Shown here piece after piece: positions 20,630 through 28,442 of a stretch of DNA of 64,000 nucleotides. The translations under genes were made by a program, and so were the position numbers. The stretch covers positions 5,304-69,303 of the forward strand of contig JACRET010000036.1 in NCBI GenBank assembly GCA_016218105.1, in the 5' to 3' direction. This DNA comes from Deltaproteobacteria bacterium (GTDB taxonomy: Bacteria > Desulfobacterota > GWC2-55-46). Each line of letters opens with the position of its first letter. Position 1 is the first letter of the stretch. Below the pieces are notes generated by a model. The model was given only the letters and a program-made list of their open reading frames with translations. It searched no databases and was not told where the DNA came from.

Positions 20630-20758
20630 TCTGCCTTTAGCAGGCCTCTCAAAAATCTCTACTCCCCCTCTTTCCTCACTCCTCGGCGTTAATATCAGTT
20701 AATATCAGACGTAGCCGATAGTTAGACACTCTCCCGTAAAATTTCTTGTCAATATCAA

Positions 20759-20833
20759 TTGGAGCTCCTCCGCCCAAAGCCGCTGGGAATCTTCGAATGT
20801 AATAAATTTTTATTCCCCTTCGCTCGCTATGCC
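20759..20833 (+). repeat. Dispersed intergenic repeat, family 2, copy A (core GGGAATCTTCGAATGT ... TTCGCTCGCT)
   Basis: Aligns by eye with 49511..49580 and 57795..57900, e.g. TTGGAGCTCCTCCGC..GCCGCTGGGAATCTTCGAATGTAAT versus TTGAGGCTCCGC..AGCCGGGAACCTTCGAAATGTCAG. Confidence 0.6.
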
Positions 20834-20982
20834 ATTTTCAAAAATCTTTTCAGGGCATTTCTGTTAAATCTATTTACATTCCCCTTCCATATATGCCAGC
20901 TCTTTTTTTAAAGCCCTTGCATCTGCTGAAAAATATCCTTTAAAAACAGGGAGGATTTTTCTCTGACCACCCAAAACCGCCT

Positions 20983-20998
20983 TGGCGCGCTACTTGCA
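20983..20998 (+). promoter_or_regulatory. Candidate sigma54 (-24/-12) promoter upstream of the PEP-CTERM gene
   Basis: TGGCGCGCTACTTGCA has GG and GC at the canonical 12-nt register of TGGCAC-N5-TTGCA. It lies 80 nt upstream of the ATG at 21078. Confidence 0.45.
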
Positions 20999-21077
20999 CT
21001 TTCACCTTTTATGACCGCCCTGGGGAAGAACACCGCGAGCTTTAGCCCGGGGACGGTCATTTAAAGGAGGCGGGGAG

Positions 21078-21788
21078 ATGAGAAAAAAACTTAAAAAATT
21101 CACACGCCGTGCGTTTCCGCATATTAAAACTTCCTCAATGGCCTTTTTCTGCACGTTGGCTGCCGGGTCAGCGTCTTGGTTCATTGGCGGCGCCGCTCAT
21201 GGCGATCTCCTTATAAACTCGACGCTTAGGGGAAAAGGGCTCCATTATAGCTATTCCACTTCCACCTCTGCCCTCGACGAGGACAGCGGTCTACCGGCGT
21301 ATCAGCCGGAAAATTTTCATGCGGCTGATGAGGTCAACGATAGTCCAGGTAACCGCGCAGAGGACTTTCCAGCCTCCGGTGAAGGGCCCGGCCCGGCGGC
21401 GCTTGCGTTCAGGCCTGATATCGGCTTTTTTGGTGCGAACCTGTACGCTAACGGACTTACAGAGTACGGTATGTCGGCAACCGATTCCGGAGGGGATCCG
21501 GTAGATTCAGACATTAACGGACTTTTTGATTTGAAGTACGGCAAGACAAATTACTTCTTGATGGACGCCGCCGTCGATAACGAGGAGCGGTTGGATGGCG
21601 GCCTTTATTCGAACAGTCATGCGGACAGTAAGCTTCTCACGGACGGGTGGCTCTATGCCCCTTATACTTTTGAAGAGAGAGGCGGCGCGCGCGATACTGA
21701 GATGCCTGAGCCTGCGTCATTACTGCTCATCGGCGCGGCTTTCGCCGGGGCCGCGGTTTTAAAAAGGAAATTTCCGCGCAGTTTTTAA
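21078..21788 (+). CDS. Secreted PEP-CTERM sorting-domain protein
   Basis: N-terminal signal-like segment. The C-terminus EMPEPASLLLIGAAFAGAAVLKRKFPRSF has the PEP motif, a hydrophobic helix and a basic tail. Confidence 0.8.
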   Translation: MRKKLKKFTRRAFPHIKTSSMAFFCTLAAGSASWFIGGAAHGDLLINSTLRGKGLHYSYSTSTSALDEDSGLPAYQPENFHAADEVNDSPGNRAEDFPASGEGPGPAALAFRPDIGFFGANLYANGLTEYGMSATDSGGDPVDSDINGLFDLKYGKTNYFLMDAAVDNEERLDGGLYSNSHADSKLLTDGWLYAPYTFEERGGARDTEMPEPASLLLIGAAFAGAAVLKRKFPRSF

Positions 21789-21902
21789 AAAGCCCAACTC
21801 CCGCTGTTGTAAAGACCGGGGTTTACAGTTTTGACAACTGCAAACACTCTGCGTTCAGCTATACTATTAATAGCAGCTTTTACATCAACAAGGGGGGGCG
21901 CC

Positions 21903-22544
21903 ATGGCCGAGCCTTTCAGATTTTACGAATGCTTCGCCTTAATAAAGCTTACGGGCAGGAGGGCCAAGGACATCCTTGAGCTCCTTGAGATAATAAAACA
22001 GGTAAGCAGGGAATCCATCTTCCATCACATGCACCAGTACTTCCTGAAGCCGCATATAATCCCGCCGGAGTTCCCGAATGATTTCGCGGTCTGGGTCGCT
22101 GATTCGCTCGGCGAGCAGAACCTGGCCGAAGGGCTCGCCAACGTAAACCCCTTTGAATTCGAAAACATAGAGGTCATAAGGTACGAGCTTGTCAGAATAA
22201 TAACGGAGCATCTCAAGAATTACCCGATGCCCAGGCCGGTGCTGCCAGGCCGGGAGTTCCGTTTTAACGAGGCCGTGACGCTGGTTTTGCCGACGGAACT
22301 TACCGCGGAGCGCCTGCATGATTTCGCGAGGATAATTAAAGAAGTGGACAGCTCGTCCATATACTTCCATTTTTACGAGGCGCGGCTCCGGCTCGGCAAG
22401 GAGCGGGATGACTTCAGCCATTTCCTGGACGAGTCTCTTGGCTGCCCGGGGCTCGCGGGAAGGATAAAATCGCTCGATCCTTATATGTATTCAACCGAGG
22501 TCTTACGGACGAAGATACTAACCCTTATCGAAGAGGCGCTATGA
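21903..22544 (+). CDS. Conserved hypothetical protein built from two tandem repeats of about 100 aa, translationally coupled to treT
   Basis: ATG at 21903 (MAEPFRFYECF...) is preferred over the TTG at 21831. The two halves begin FRFYECFALIKL...SIFHHMHQYF and FRFNEAVTLVLP...SIYFHFYEARL. The stop overlaps the next start (ATGA at 22541-22544). Confidence 0.6.
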   Translation: MAEPFRFYECFALIKLTGRRAKDILELLEIIKQVSRESIFHHMHQYFLKPHIIPPEFPNDFAVWVADSLGEQNLAEGLANVNPFEFENIEVIRYELVRIITEHLKNYPMPRPVLPGREFRFNEAVTLVLPTELTAERLHDFARIIKEVDSSSIYFHFYEARLRLGKERDDFSHFLDESLGCPGLAGRIKSLDPYMYSTEVLRTKILTLIEEAL

Positions 22545-23752
22545 AACTGGAGGATTACAGGGGTATAGCCGAGCAGGGAGATATAAGGGCGATAGAGTCG
22601 ATGGCCGCCAAACTTAAAGGCAGGACCATGCTCCATGTGAACTCAACCGCCGAGGGGGGAGGGGTCGCGGAGCTTCTCCAGAGGATAGTCCCGCTATTCA
22701 AGGATCTGGGTATAAATGTCAGGTGGGAAGTTATGCAGGGAACCAAGCCCTTTTTCGAGGTCACCAAGGGACTTCATAACTCTCTTCAGGGCAAGGGCAT
22801 GCATATAACAAAAGAGATGTGGGATGAATACGAGAGCGTGAACCGCGCCAACGCGGAGAGGATAGATACCGATGCGGACTGCGTTATCATACATGATCCG
22901 CAGCCGGCCATGTTCATTGAAAAAAAGAGGCGCGGTATCTGGTTCTGGAGGTGTCACATAGATATCTCAAGCCCTGACCCGATTACCTGGTATTTCCTGA
23001 AGAATATAGTCGAGAGATACGACGGCTCGATATTTTCCGTGGCGAATTTCGCCCAATCGGTCTCGATACCGCAGTTCATGATGCAGCCCTCGATAGACCC
23101 GCTGGCGAACAAGAATATCGAACTTTCAGAAGAGGAAGTCAAAGGGACGTTCGAGAGGTTCAATCTGCCGACGGATAAGCCTATTCTCCTCCAGGTCTCG
23201 CGTTTCGACCCGTTTAAAGACCCGCTTGGCGTAATAGACGCGTACAGGCTGGTAAAGAAGTACCATGACTGCAGGCTGGTGCTGGCGGGCGGCACGGCTA
23301 CGGACGACCCCGAGGGGGACCGGGTATTGCAAGAGGTGCGGGAGAAGGCGGGAGGTGACCCGGACATCCATTTGCTGCTTCTGCCCCCGTTCAGCGACAG
23401 GGAGATAAACGCGCTCCAGAGGGGCTCGACGATAGTCCTTCAGAAGTCCACGAGAGAGGGCTTCGGCCTGGTGGTTGCCGAGGCGCTCTGGAAGAAAAAA
23501 CCGGTGATCGGAGGCGATGTCGGCGGCATACCCCTCCAGATAGTGGAAGGGGTCACGGGTTTTCTGGTGCATTCGGCCGAAGGCGCGGCCTACAGGATAC
23601 GCCAGCTTCTGGAAAACCCGGACAAATCCCGTCATATGGGCGAGGCTGCAAAGGAGCACATAAGGAGAAACTTTCTCGTGACCAGGAATGTAAAAAACTA
23701 TCTCGCGCTCTGGATAGCGATGGAGCGGAAGGAGCAGGTTATCTATATATAA
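22541..23752 (+). CDS. treT: TreT-like trehalose synthase (GT4 family glycosyltransferase)
   Basis: Close by eye to archaeal/thermophile TreT along its whole length: KLEDY...LKGR..HVNST..GGGVAE, FFEVTK.LHN.LQG, HDPQPA, WRCHID.S.P, SIDPL..KN.EL, QVSRFDP.K and REGFGL.V.EA.WK.KPVIGG.VGGI..QI. This similarity is recalled from memory and was not searched. Confidence 0.75.
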   Translation: MKLEDYRGIAEQGDIRAIESMAAKLKGRTMLHVNSTAEGGGVAELLQRIVPLFKDLGINVRWEVMQGTKPFFEVTKGLHNSLQGKGMHITKEMWDEYESVNRANAERIDTDADCVIIHDPQPAMFIEKKRRGIWFWRCHIDISSPDPITWYFLKNIVERYDGSIFSVANFAQSVSIPQFMMQPSIDPLANKNIELSEEEVKGTFERFNLPTDKPILLQVSRFDPFKDPLGVIDAYRLVKKYHDCRLVLAGGTATDDPEGDRVLQEVREKAGGDPDIHLLLLPPFSDREINALQRGSTIVLQKSTREGFGLVVAEALWKKKPVIGGDVGGIPLQIVEGVTGFLVHSAEGAAYRIRQLLENPDKSRHMGEAAKEHIRRNFLVTRNVKNYLALWIAMERKEQVIYI

Positions 23753-23780
23753 TGCTCCCGGCTTTTTATCCAGGGCGATT

Positions 23781-24560
23781 ATGGAAACGAAATATCTTCT
23801 CCACAGCCTGGATAGGATCAAAGACGTCTTGAAAGAGCGGCGTTTGTCCATTTTTCTGGATTACGACGGAACGATAACGCCGTTGGCTGGAGCGCCGGAG
23901 GACACCGTAACCACCCTTTCGACCGCGAACCTCCTTAAAAAACTCGCCACCCTATTTCCGCTTTCCATCGTGAGCGGCAGAAGGCTTTTTGATTTAATGG
24001 ATGTGGTCGGGATCAAGGGCATAACCTATGCCGGCAATCACGGTTTTGAGATATGGCACGAGGACTTTACCGCCGTATTCGACACCGGGAAACGCGCTGT
24101 AAAGGAACTACGTCTGCTAAAAGAAAAGTTCAGCCGGATATCGCTTGAATACCCGGGGACTGATGTGGAAGACAAGGGGCTTACGGTAACGGTACACTAC
24201 AGGCCGCTTGACATAAAAAAAATCCGCCCGTTCAGGGAAGCGATCAGGGTTGCCGCCGAGGATCAGGTCTCAAGCGGTATTATAAGGCTTCGTAACAGCA
24301 AGATGGCTATAGAAGTCCAGCCCAACGTAGATTGGGATAAGGGCAGGGCCGTACTCTGGATCATGGAAAGAAAGGGGTTCAGGGGAACTTACCCCATATA
24401 TTTGGGGGATGACCAGACAGACAAGGACGGCTGCAGGGCTGTCAAGGGGATAGGGCTGTCGGCATTTGTAGGCGGAATATTAAAAGAAGCGGACTACTAC
24501 CTGAAGAACCAGGGAGAGGTCAGGCTATTTCTTGAGTGGCTTATAGATATCAAATCATGA
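23781..24560 (+). CDS. otsB: Trehalose-6-phosphate phosphatase-like HAD hydrolase
   Basis: FLDYDGTITPL (HAD motif I), SGR (motif II) and a GDDQTD-type motif IV, as in OtsB/T6PP. Confidence 0.7.
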   Translation: METKYLLHSLDRIKDVLKERRLSIFLDYDGTITPLAGAPEDTVTTLSTANLLKKLATLFPLSIVSGRRLFDLMDVVGIKGITYAGNHGFEIWHEDFTAVFDTGKRAVKELRLLKEKFSRISLEYPGTDVEDKGLTVTVHYRPLDIKKIRPFREAIRVAAEDQVSSGIIRLRNSKMAIEVQPNVDWDKGRAVLWIMERKGFRGTYPIYLGDDQTDKDGCRAVKGIGLSAFVGGILKEADYYLKNQGEVRLFLEWLIDIKS

Positions 24561-24565
24561 CAGGG

Positions 24566-24594
24566 TTGACTTAAGCATGGAAATTTTTGATAAT
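24566..24594 (+). promoter_or_regulatory. Candidate sigma70-type promoter for the TMTC-like gene
   Basis: TTGACT, a 17-nt spacer, then GATAAT. It lies 40 nt upstream of the ATG at 24634. Confidence 0.4.
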
Positions 24595-24633
24595 GTAGCC
24601 TCTGGCTGTATGTTTTTTTAAAGAGGCTCTGGA

Positions 24634-26031
24634 ATGGCTTTTGAAAAACCCGGCAATAAATGGCTGCCCTATCTCGTATTGACCCTTTCCGTCCTGTTTA
24701 TCTACTGGCAGGCCCTTTCATTCGACTTCATACCCTCATGGGACGATAAGGAATACGTCCTTGACAATATCCACATTCAAAGCCTGTCGGCTGAGAACCT
24801 CAAATTCATATTTACTAACACCTACTTCTCAAACTACGCGCCTCTCCATCTTTTAAGCTACTCTATCGACTTCGCTATCTGGGGCCTTAAGCCCGCCGGA
24901 TACCACCTTACAAATATTATACTTCATATCCTCAATGCCTGTCTTCTCTTCACCCTCGTGTCCAGGATCACCGGGGACAGGAAGGCGGGATTTATCGCTT
25001 CCTTGATTTTTTCGCTCCACCCTATCAACATAGAAAATGTCGCCTGGATATCCGAAAGAAAGACCCTTCTTACCACATTTTTTTCGTTCCTCTCTATCGT
25101 TTCTTATCTGAACTTCAGGGATGCTCTAAAATGGCGCTATTATATCCTCTGTTTCGTACTCTTTCTCCTGGCGCTCCTCGCCAAACCTCTTACGGTGACA
25201 CTGCCTTTGGCGCTCCTCGCGTATGAGCTGTTCATAAAAAAGGAGAGAAAAGGCATACTCTTCCCATTTCCTCTCTTTTTGCTATCCATCCTTGGGGCGG
25301 TCATGGCGATGTGGGCCCACATGAGCCATCACTCCATCGAACAGAGCAGCCTCACGCTCGACGTCCTCTTCGGAACGGTCTATCCGACCATGACGCCCAT
25401 ATACTGGAAGTATGTGAAACTCATCATCTGGCCTATGGGTTTAAGCGGCTTTTATGACGCGCCGATCTATGGCTCTTTCCTTGACGCAGTACCGGCGGTC
25501 TCCGTCATAGCCTGGGTTTCCCTTACTGTCCTTATATTATGTAAGGGCGGCGGACAGATGCGTTTCTGGTATCTGTGGTTCTGGATATGGCTTCTCCCGG
25601 TGTCGAACATAATACCCATACCTGTATATTATGCGGACAGATACATGTACTTGCCTGCCATCGGGTTTTTCGCCCTTGCGGGACTTGGCGTCTCTAAGAT
25701 ATCCAAGGCCCCGTCTTTTGAAAAAATCGTTTACGCCGTCGCCGCTATTATAATCGTATTCTACGGCGCGGCAGCCTTCAGCCGCGCCGGGGTGTGGAGG
25801 AATGAGGTCTCGTTCTGGAAAGATACCGCCGAAAAATCCCCCGGCCAGGATAAGGCCCGTCTAAACCTCGGCTACGCATATGAGATGGAAGGCCTTCTGG
25901 CGGAAGCCGAAAGGGAATATCAGGCGGCGGTGAATATCTATCCGAGCCAGGAGGCTCTCTCCAATCTACAGATGATAAAATCAAAAATAGAGTTATTACG
26001 CCAAAAGGCCCTCCAGCAGCAAAACCCTTAA
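24634..26031 (+). CDS. Polytopic membrane glycosyltransferase-like protein with C-terminal TPR (TMTC / PMT_2-like), paralog 1
   Basis: About 11 predicted TM helices. The N-terminal motif FDFIPSWDDKEYVLDNIHI...YAPLHLLSYSIDFAIWGLKPAGYHLTNIILHILNA parallels the 49660 paralog. The C-terminal TPR is ARLNLGYAYEMEGLLAEAEREYQAAVNIYP. Confidence 0.7.
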   Translation: MAFEKPGNKWLPYLVLTLSVLFIYWQALSFDFIPSWDDKEYVLDNIHIQSLSAENLKFIFTNTYFSNYAPLHLLSYSIDFAIWGLKPAGYHLTNIILHILNACLLFTLVSRITGDRKAGFIASLIFSLHPINIENVAWISERKTLLTTFFSFLSIVSYLNFRDALKWRYYILCFVLFLLALLAKPLTVTLPLALLAYELFIKKERKGILFPFPLFLLSILGAVMAMWAHMSHHSIEQSSLTLDVLFGTVYPTMTPIYWKYVKLIIWPMGLSGFYDAPIYGSFLDAVPAVSVIAWVSLTVLILCKGGGQMRFWYLWFWIWLLPVSNIIPIPVYYADRYMYLPAIGFFALAGLGVSKISKAPSFEKIVYAVAAIIIVFYGAAAFSRAGVWRNEVSFWKDTAEKSPGQDKARLNLGYAYEMEGLLAEAEREYQAAVNIYPSQEALSNLQMIKSKIELLRQKALQQQNP

Positions 26032-26113
26032 CCCTTGCCCTCCACCCTCTCCCACAAGTAGGGCCCTCTCGAAGAACGGGCCGGGAAACTATAAGGGAAT
26101 CAATACCAGTCTG

Positions 26114-26183
26114 GTAAAACCTTTTTGCGCGCTGCCACGCGCTTTCGGGGTATTGCTCCGCTCGCTGTCGGCTCTCTCCCTCC
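26114..26183 (+). repeat. Dispersed intergenic repeat, family 1, copy 1 (about 70 bp, contains hairpin GCGCG(C/T)-TGCC-ACGCGC)
   Basis: GTAAAACCTTTTTGCGCGCTGCCACGCGCTTTCGGGGTATTGCTCCGCTCGCTGTCGGCTCTCTCCCTCC is near-identical to 36125..36196. Confidence 0.8.
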
Positions 26184-26462
26184 AATAGAACTGAAGCCCA
26201 GTCGCTCGCCTCCTTTATGCTCGGCTACGCAATACCCTCTGTAACGGCCTTTACCCACAGAAGTCACAGACTGTCTGTCTCTACCCTGATAAACTCTGTG
26301 TCGCGCAGTACGCAGACAAGCGCTTTGAGGAACTATTAATGAAGTATTAACTTATTTTAAGGATGCTTGCTTTGCCGAAAAACTCATTTATACTTAATTT
26401 AAATTTTCATCATAAAGGTAAAGCTGTTATTTAACAACAAACAAGCAGGAGGACTGAACAGA

Positions 26463-27005
26463 ATGAAAAAAGAAACACTGAAAAGAGCAGTAATAGCAGC
26501 GGCTTTTACCGCATTTATGGCAGGGACCATACCGGGGGCTCTACATGCAACTGAGAACGGCGCATCAAAAAATGACGCCATCTCAAAACTTGAGTCCTGC
26601 AAGAGCAGCTACATGGCTAAACTACGGCAGGAGGCCTTGCAGACAAAAAATCCGCTCCCTGAGAGCATGTCGAACGGCCCGGCGAGCGCATGGCTTCAGA
26701 AGGTCAGCCCCAATGAAGTGAACATGGTCACAAACACCTTCGAAAAGAAGGAGCAGAAAGAAATAAGCCTGGACGGCAAGAAGTACTACGCCAACGGAGA
26801 AGGTTACGCTTTCAACCTTTCCCAGAACCCTTCTACCCGTTTTGGAGTGGATCCCCTTACCAATAAAAAGGTTGATAAAGCCTCCGCCGCGATCTACGCT
26901 GATGCTTCCGGCAGGGTCTTCTACTTCGAATCAGAAGACAGCTTCAATGGTTTTCTGGCCCTGGCGTACCCCCAGTCTGTAGAAGGATCTTCAAAGGCAA
27001 ATTAA
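26463..27005 (+). CDS. Secreted protein with a C-terminal YHS-like domain lacking cysteines
   Basis: Signal peptide (AAAFTAFMAGTIPGALHA). The C-terminus VDPLTNKKVDKASAAIYADASGRVFYFESEDSFNGF resembles the YHS domain pattern DP..G..V......Y.G..YYF.S.....F. Confidence 0.5.
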   Translation: MKKETLKRAVIAAAFTAFMAGTIPGALHATENGASKNDAISKLESCKSSYMAKLRQEALQTKNPLPESMSNGPASAWLQKVSPNEVNMVTNTFEKKEQKEISLDGKKYYANGEGYAFNLSQNPSTRFGVDPLTNKKVDKASAAIYADASGRVFYFESEDSFNGFLALAYPQSVEGSSKAN

Positions 27006-27014
27006 TCCTCTTTC

Positions 27015-27055
27015 AAAAAAAGCCCCGCGGCCTCATGGCCGCGGGGCTTTTTTTA
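27015..27055. terminator. Bidirectional rho-independent terminator between convergent genes
   Basis: AAAAAA-AGCCCCGCGGCC-TCAT-GGCCGCGGGGCT-TTTTTTT: a perfect 12-bp GC-rich stem flanked by an A-run and a T-run. Confidence 0.9.
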
Positions 27056-28312
27056 TTGGGTTTTCCCTTCCCCGCCTTTTTCATTTATGTGCCTGATCCT
27101 CTCGATGACAGGCGGATGCGAATAGTTGAATGTGACGTACAAAGGATGCGGATGGAGATTGGACAGGTTGTCCCTCGTTAGCTTTACAAGGGCTGTTATC
27201 ATCGGCGACGGGCCGCCGGAGAGCCTGCAGGCGTATATGTCGGCCTCGTTCTCATATTTTCTGGATAAGTAATTCATAAGCGGGCCGAACGGAAAGGCGG
27301 CTATAGCTCCGATAAAACCCAGGATAAAGACCTCCGTGAAGAAGCTTCCCCCCTCTATCGCGAATATCCTGTTTAAAAACCGTCCGTCCAGAATCCTGAA
27401 GGCGGCATAAAAAACTATCAGGGCGGTTAATTCTATAAATATCATCTGTTTAAGGATGTGTCTTTTCCTCCAGTGCCCGATCTCATGCGCCAGCACGGAG
27501 AGTATCTCGTTTTTATTCAGTTTCTCCAGCAGGGTGTCGTAGAGGACGATCCTTTTTACATTTCCGATCCCCGTAAAATAGGCGTTGGTATGCGTCGTCC
27601 TCTTTGACGCGTCTATCCTGAGTATTTTTTTAACCTTTATGCCAGCTTTTACGGCAAGCCCCTCTATCCCGTCCTCAAGGTCTTTATCATCTATCCGTTC
27701 AAATTTATTGAAAAGGGGCTCTATCAGGTAAGGCGATACATACATCATAAAGACGGTAATCAGAAAAAAGAGGCACCATACATAGAACCACCAGAAAGAC
27801 GGGCTCTTCTCCACGATGAAAAGCCCTCCGATGATCAGGACGGACATGATGACGGTAGAGACGATCGTCGACTTAAGGAGGTCTGTTATCCACAGCCCGG
27901 GCGTCATGGCGTTAAACCCGTACTTTTTTTCTATCCCGAACGTCCGGTAAAGACTGAAGGGGATCGATAAAACCGTATCGGCGTAGAAAAGCAGCAGATA
28001 AAAGACCAATCCGGATAGTTTGAATCTCAACCCGAGGGAGGCGGCCCATGAATTATATTCCTCCAAAAACACAAAGAGGAACATAAGAAGGACGGCGCTG
28101 CTGAAAGCGGAAGATACTATCCCGAACCTTGTGTTCTCTATCAGGTAATTCCTGGCCTTTGAAAGAAAAGCCCTGTCAACGTGCCCTTCGAACTCAGGAG
28201 GGATATTTTCTCCCATATCTTTTAAATTCCTTAAATTAAGGAACTCCAGATACCAGTGAAAGCAGGTGATTGAAATGTAGGCGAGGATGATCGCTAAAAG
28301 GAGGTTTTCCAT
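27053..28312 (-). CDS. M48 family zinc metalloprotease (Ste24/CAAX-protease-like)
   Basis: Multi-TM N-terminal domain, the HEIGHW (HExxH) motif, and a downstream E for the third zinc ligand (ENEAD). Confidence 0.85.
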   Translation of the reverse strand: MENLLLAIILAYISITCFHWYLEFLNLRNLKDMGENIPPEFEGHVDRAFLSKARNYLIENTRFGIVSSAFSSAVLLMFLFVFLEEYNSWAASLGLRFKLSGLVFYLLLFYADTVLSIPFSLYRTFGIEKKYGFNAMTPGLWITDLLKSTIVSTVIMSVLIIGGLFIVEKSPSFWWFYVWCLFFLITVFMMYVSPYLIEPLFNKFERIDDKDLEDGIEGLAVKAGIKVKKILRIDASKRTTHTNAYFTGIGNVKRIVLYDTLLEKLNKNEILSVLAHEIGHWRKRHILKQMIFIELTALIVFYAAFRILDGRFLNRIFAIEGGSFFTEVFILGFIGAIAAFPFGPLMNYLSRKYENEADIYACRLSGGPSPMITALVKLTRDNLSNLHPHPLYVTFNYSHPPVIERIRHINEKGGEGKTQ

Positions 28313-28442
28313 TATTAGATTTTATCAGTTATCGGCTTGTATGGAAAGCTTAGTGGGGTCTTGCCTGGCATGCGGCATAAGGGGCGCGCAGGCGCGCGCA
28401 AAAAGACTTTTTGTAAAACAAAAAAAATATCCTTAAACAAGA

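Noticed and set aside
20689-20708. Tandem TTAATATCAG repeat considered as a CRISPR or minisatellite.
   Set aside because: There are only two 10-nt units, with no spacers. This is more consistent with a protein-binding direct repeat. No CRISPR array is present anywhere in the window.
23126-23851. 241-aa minus-strand ORF overlapping treT.
   Set aside because: It is antisense to a gene with full-length family similarity. It is Arg/Leu-rich with no recognisable motif. The same reasoning applies to 47008..47673 (antisense to gcvPB), 33555..34079 and 32877..33404 (antisense to glgP), and 35687..36208 (antisense to the VOC gene).
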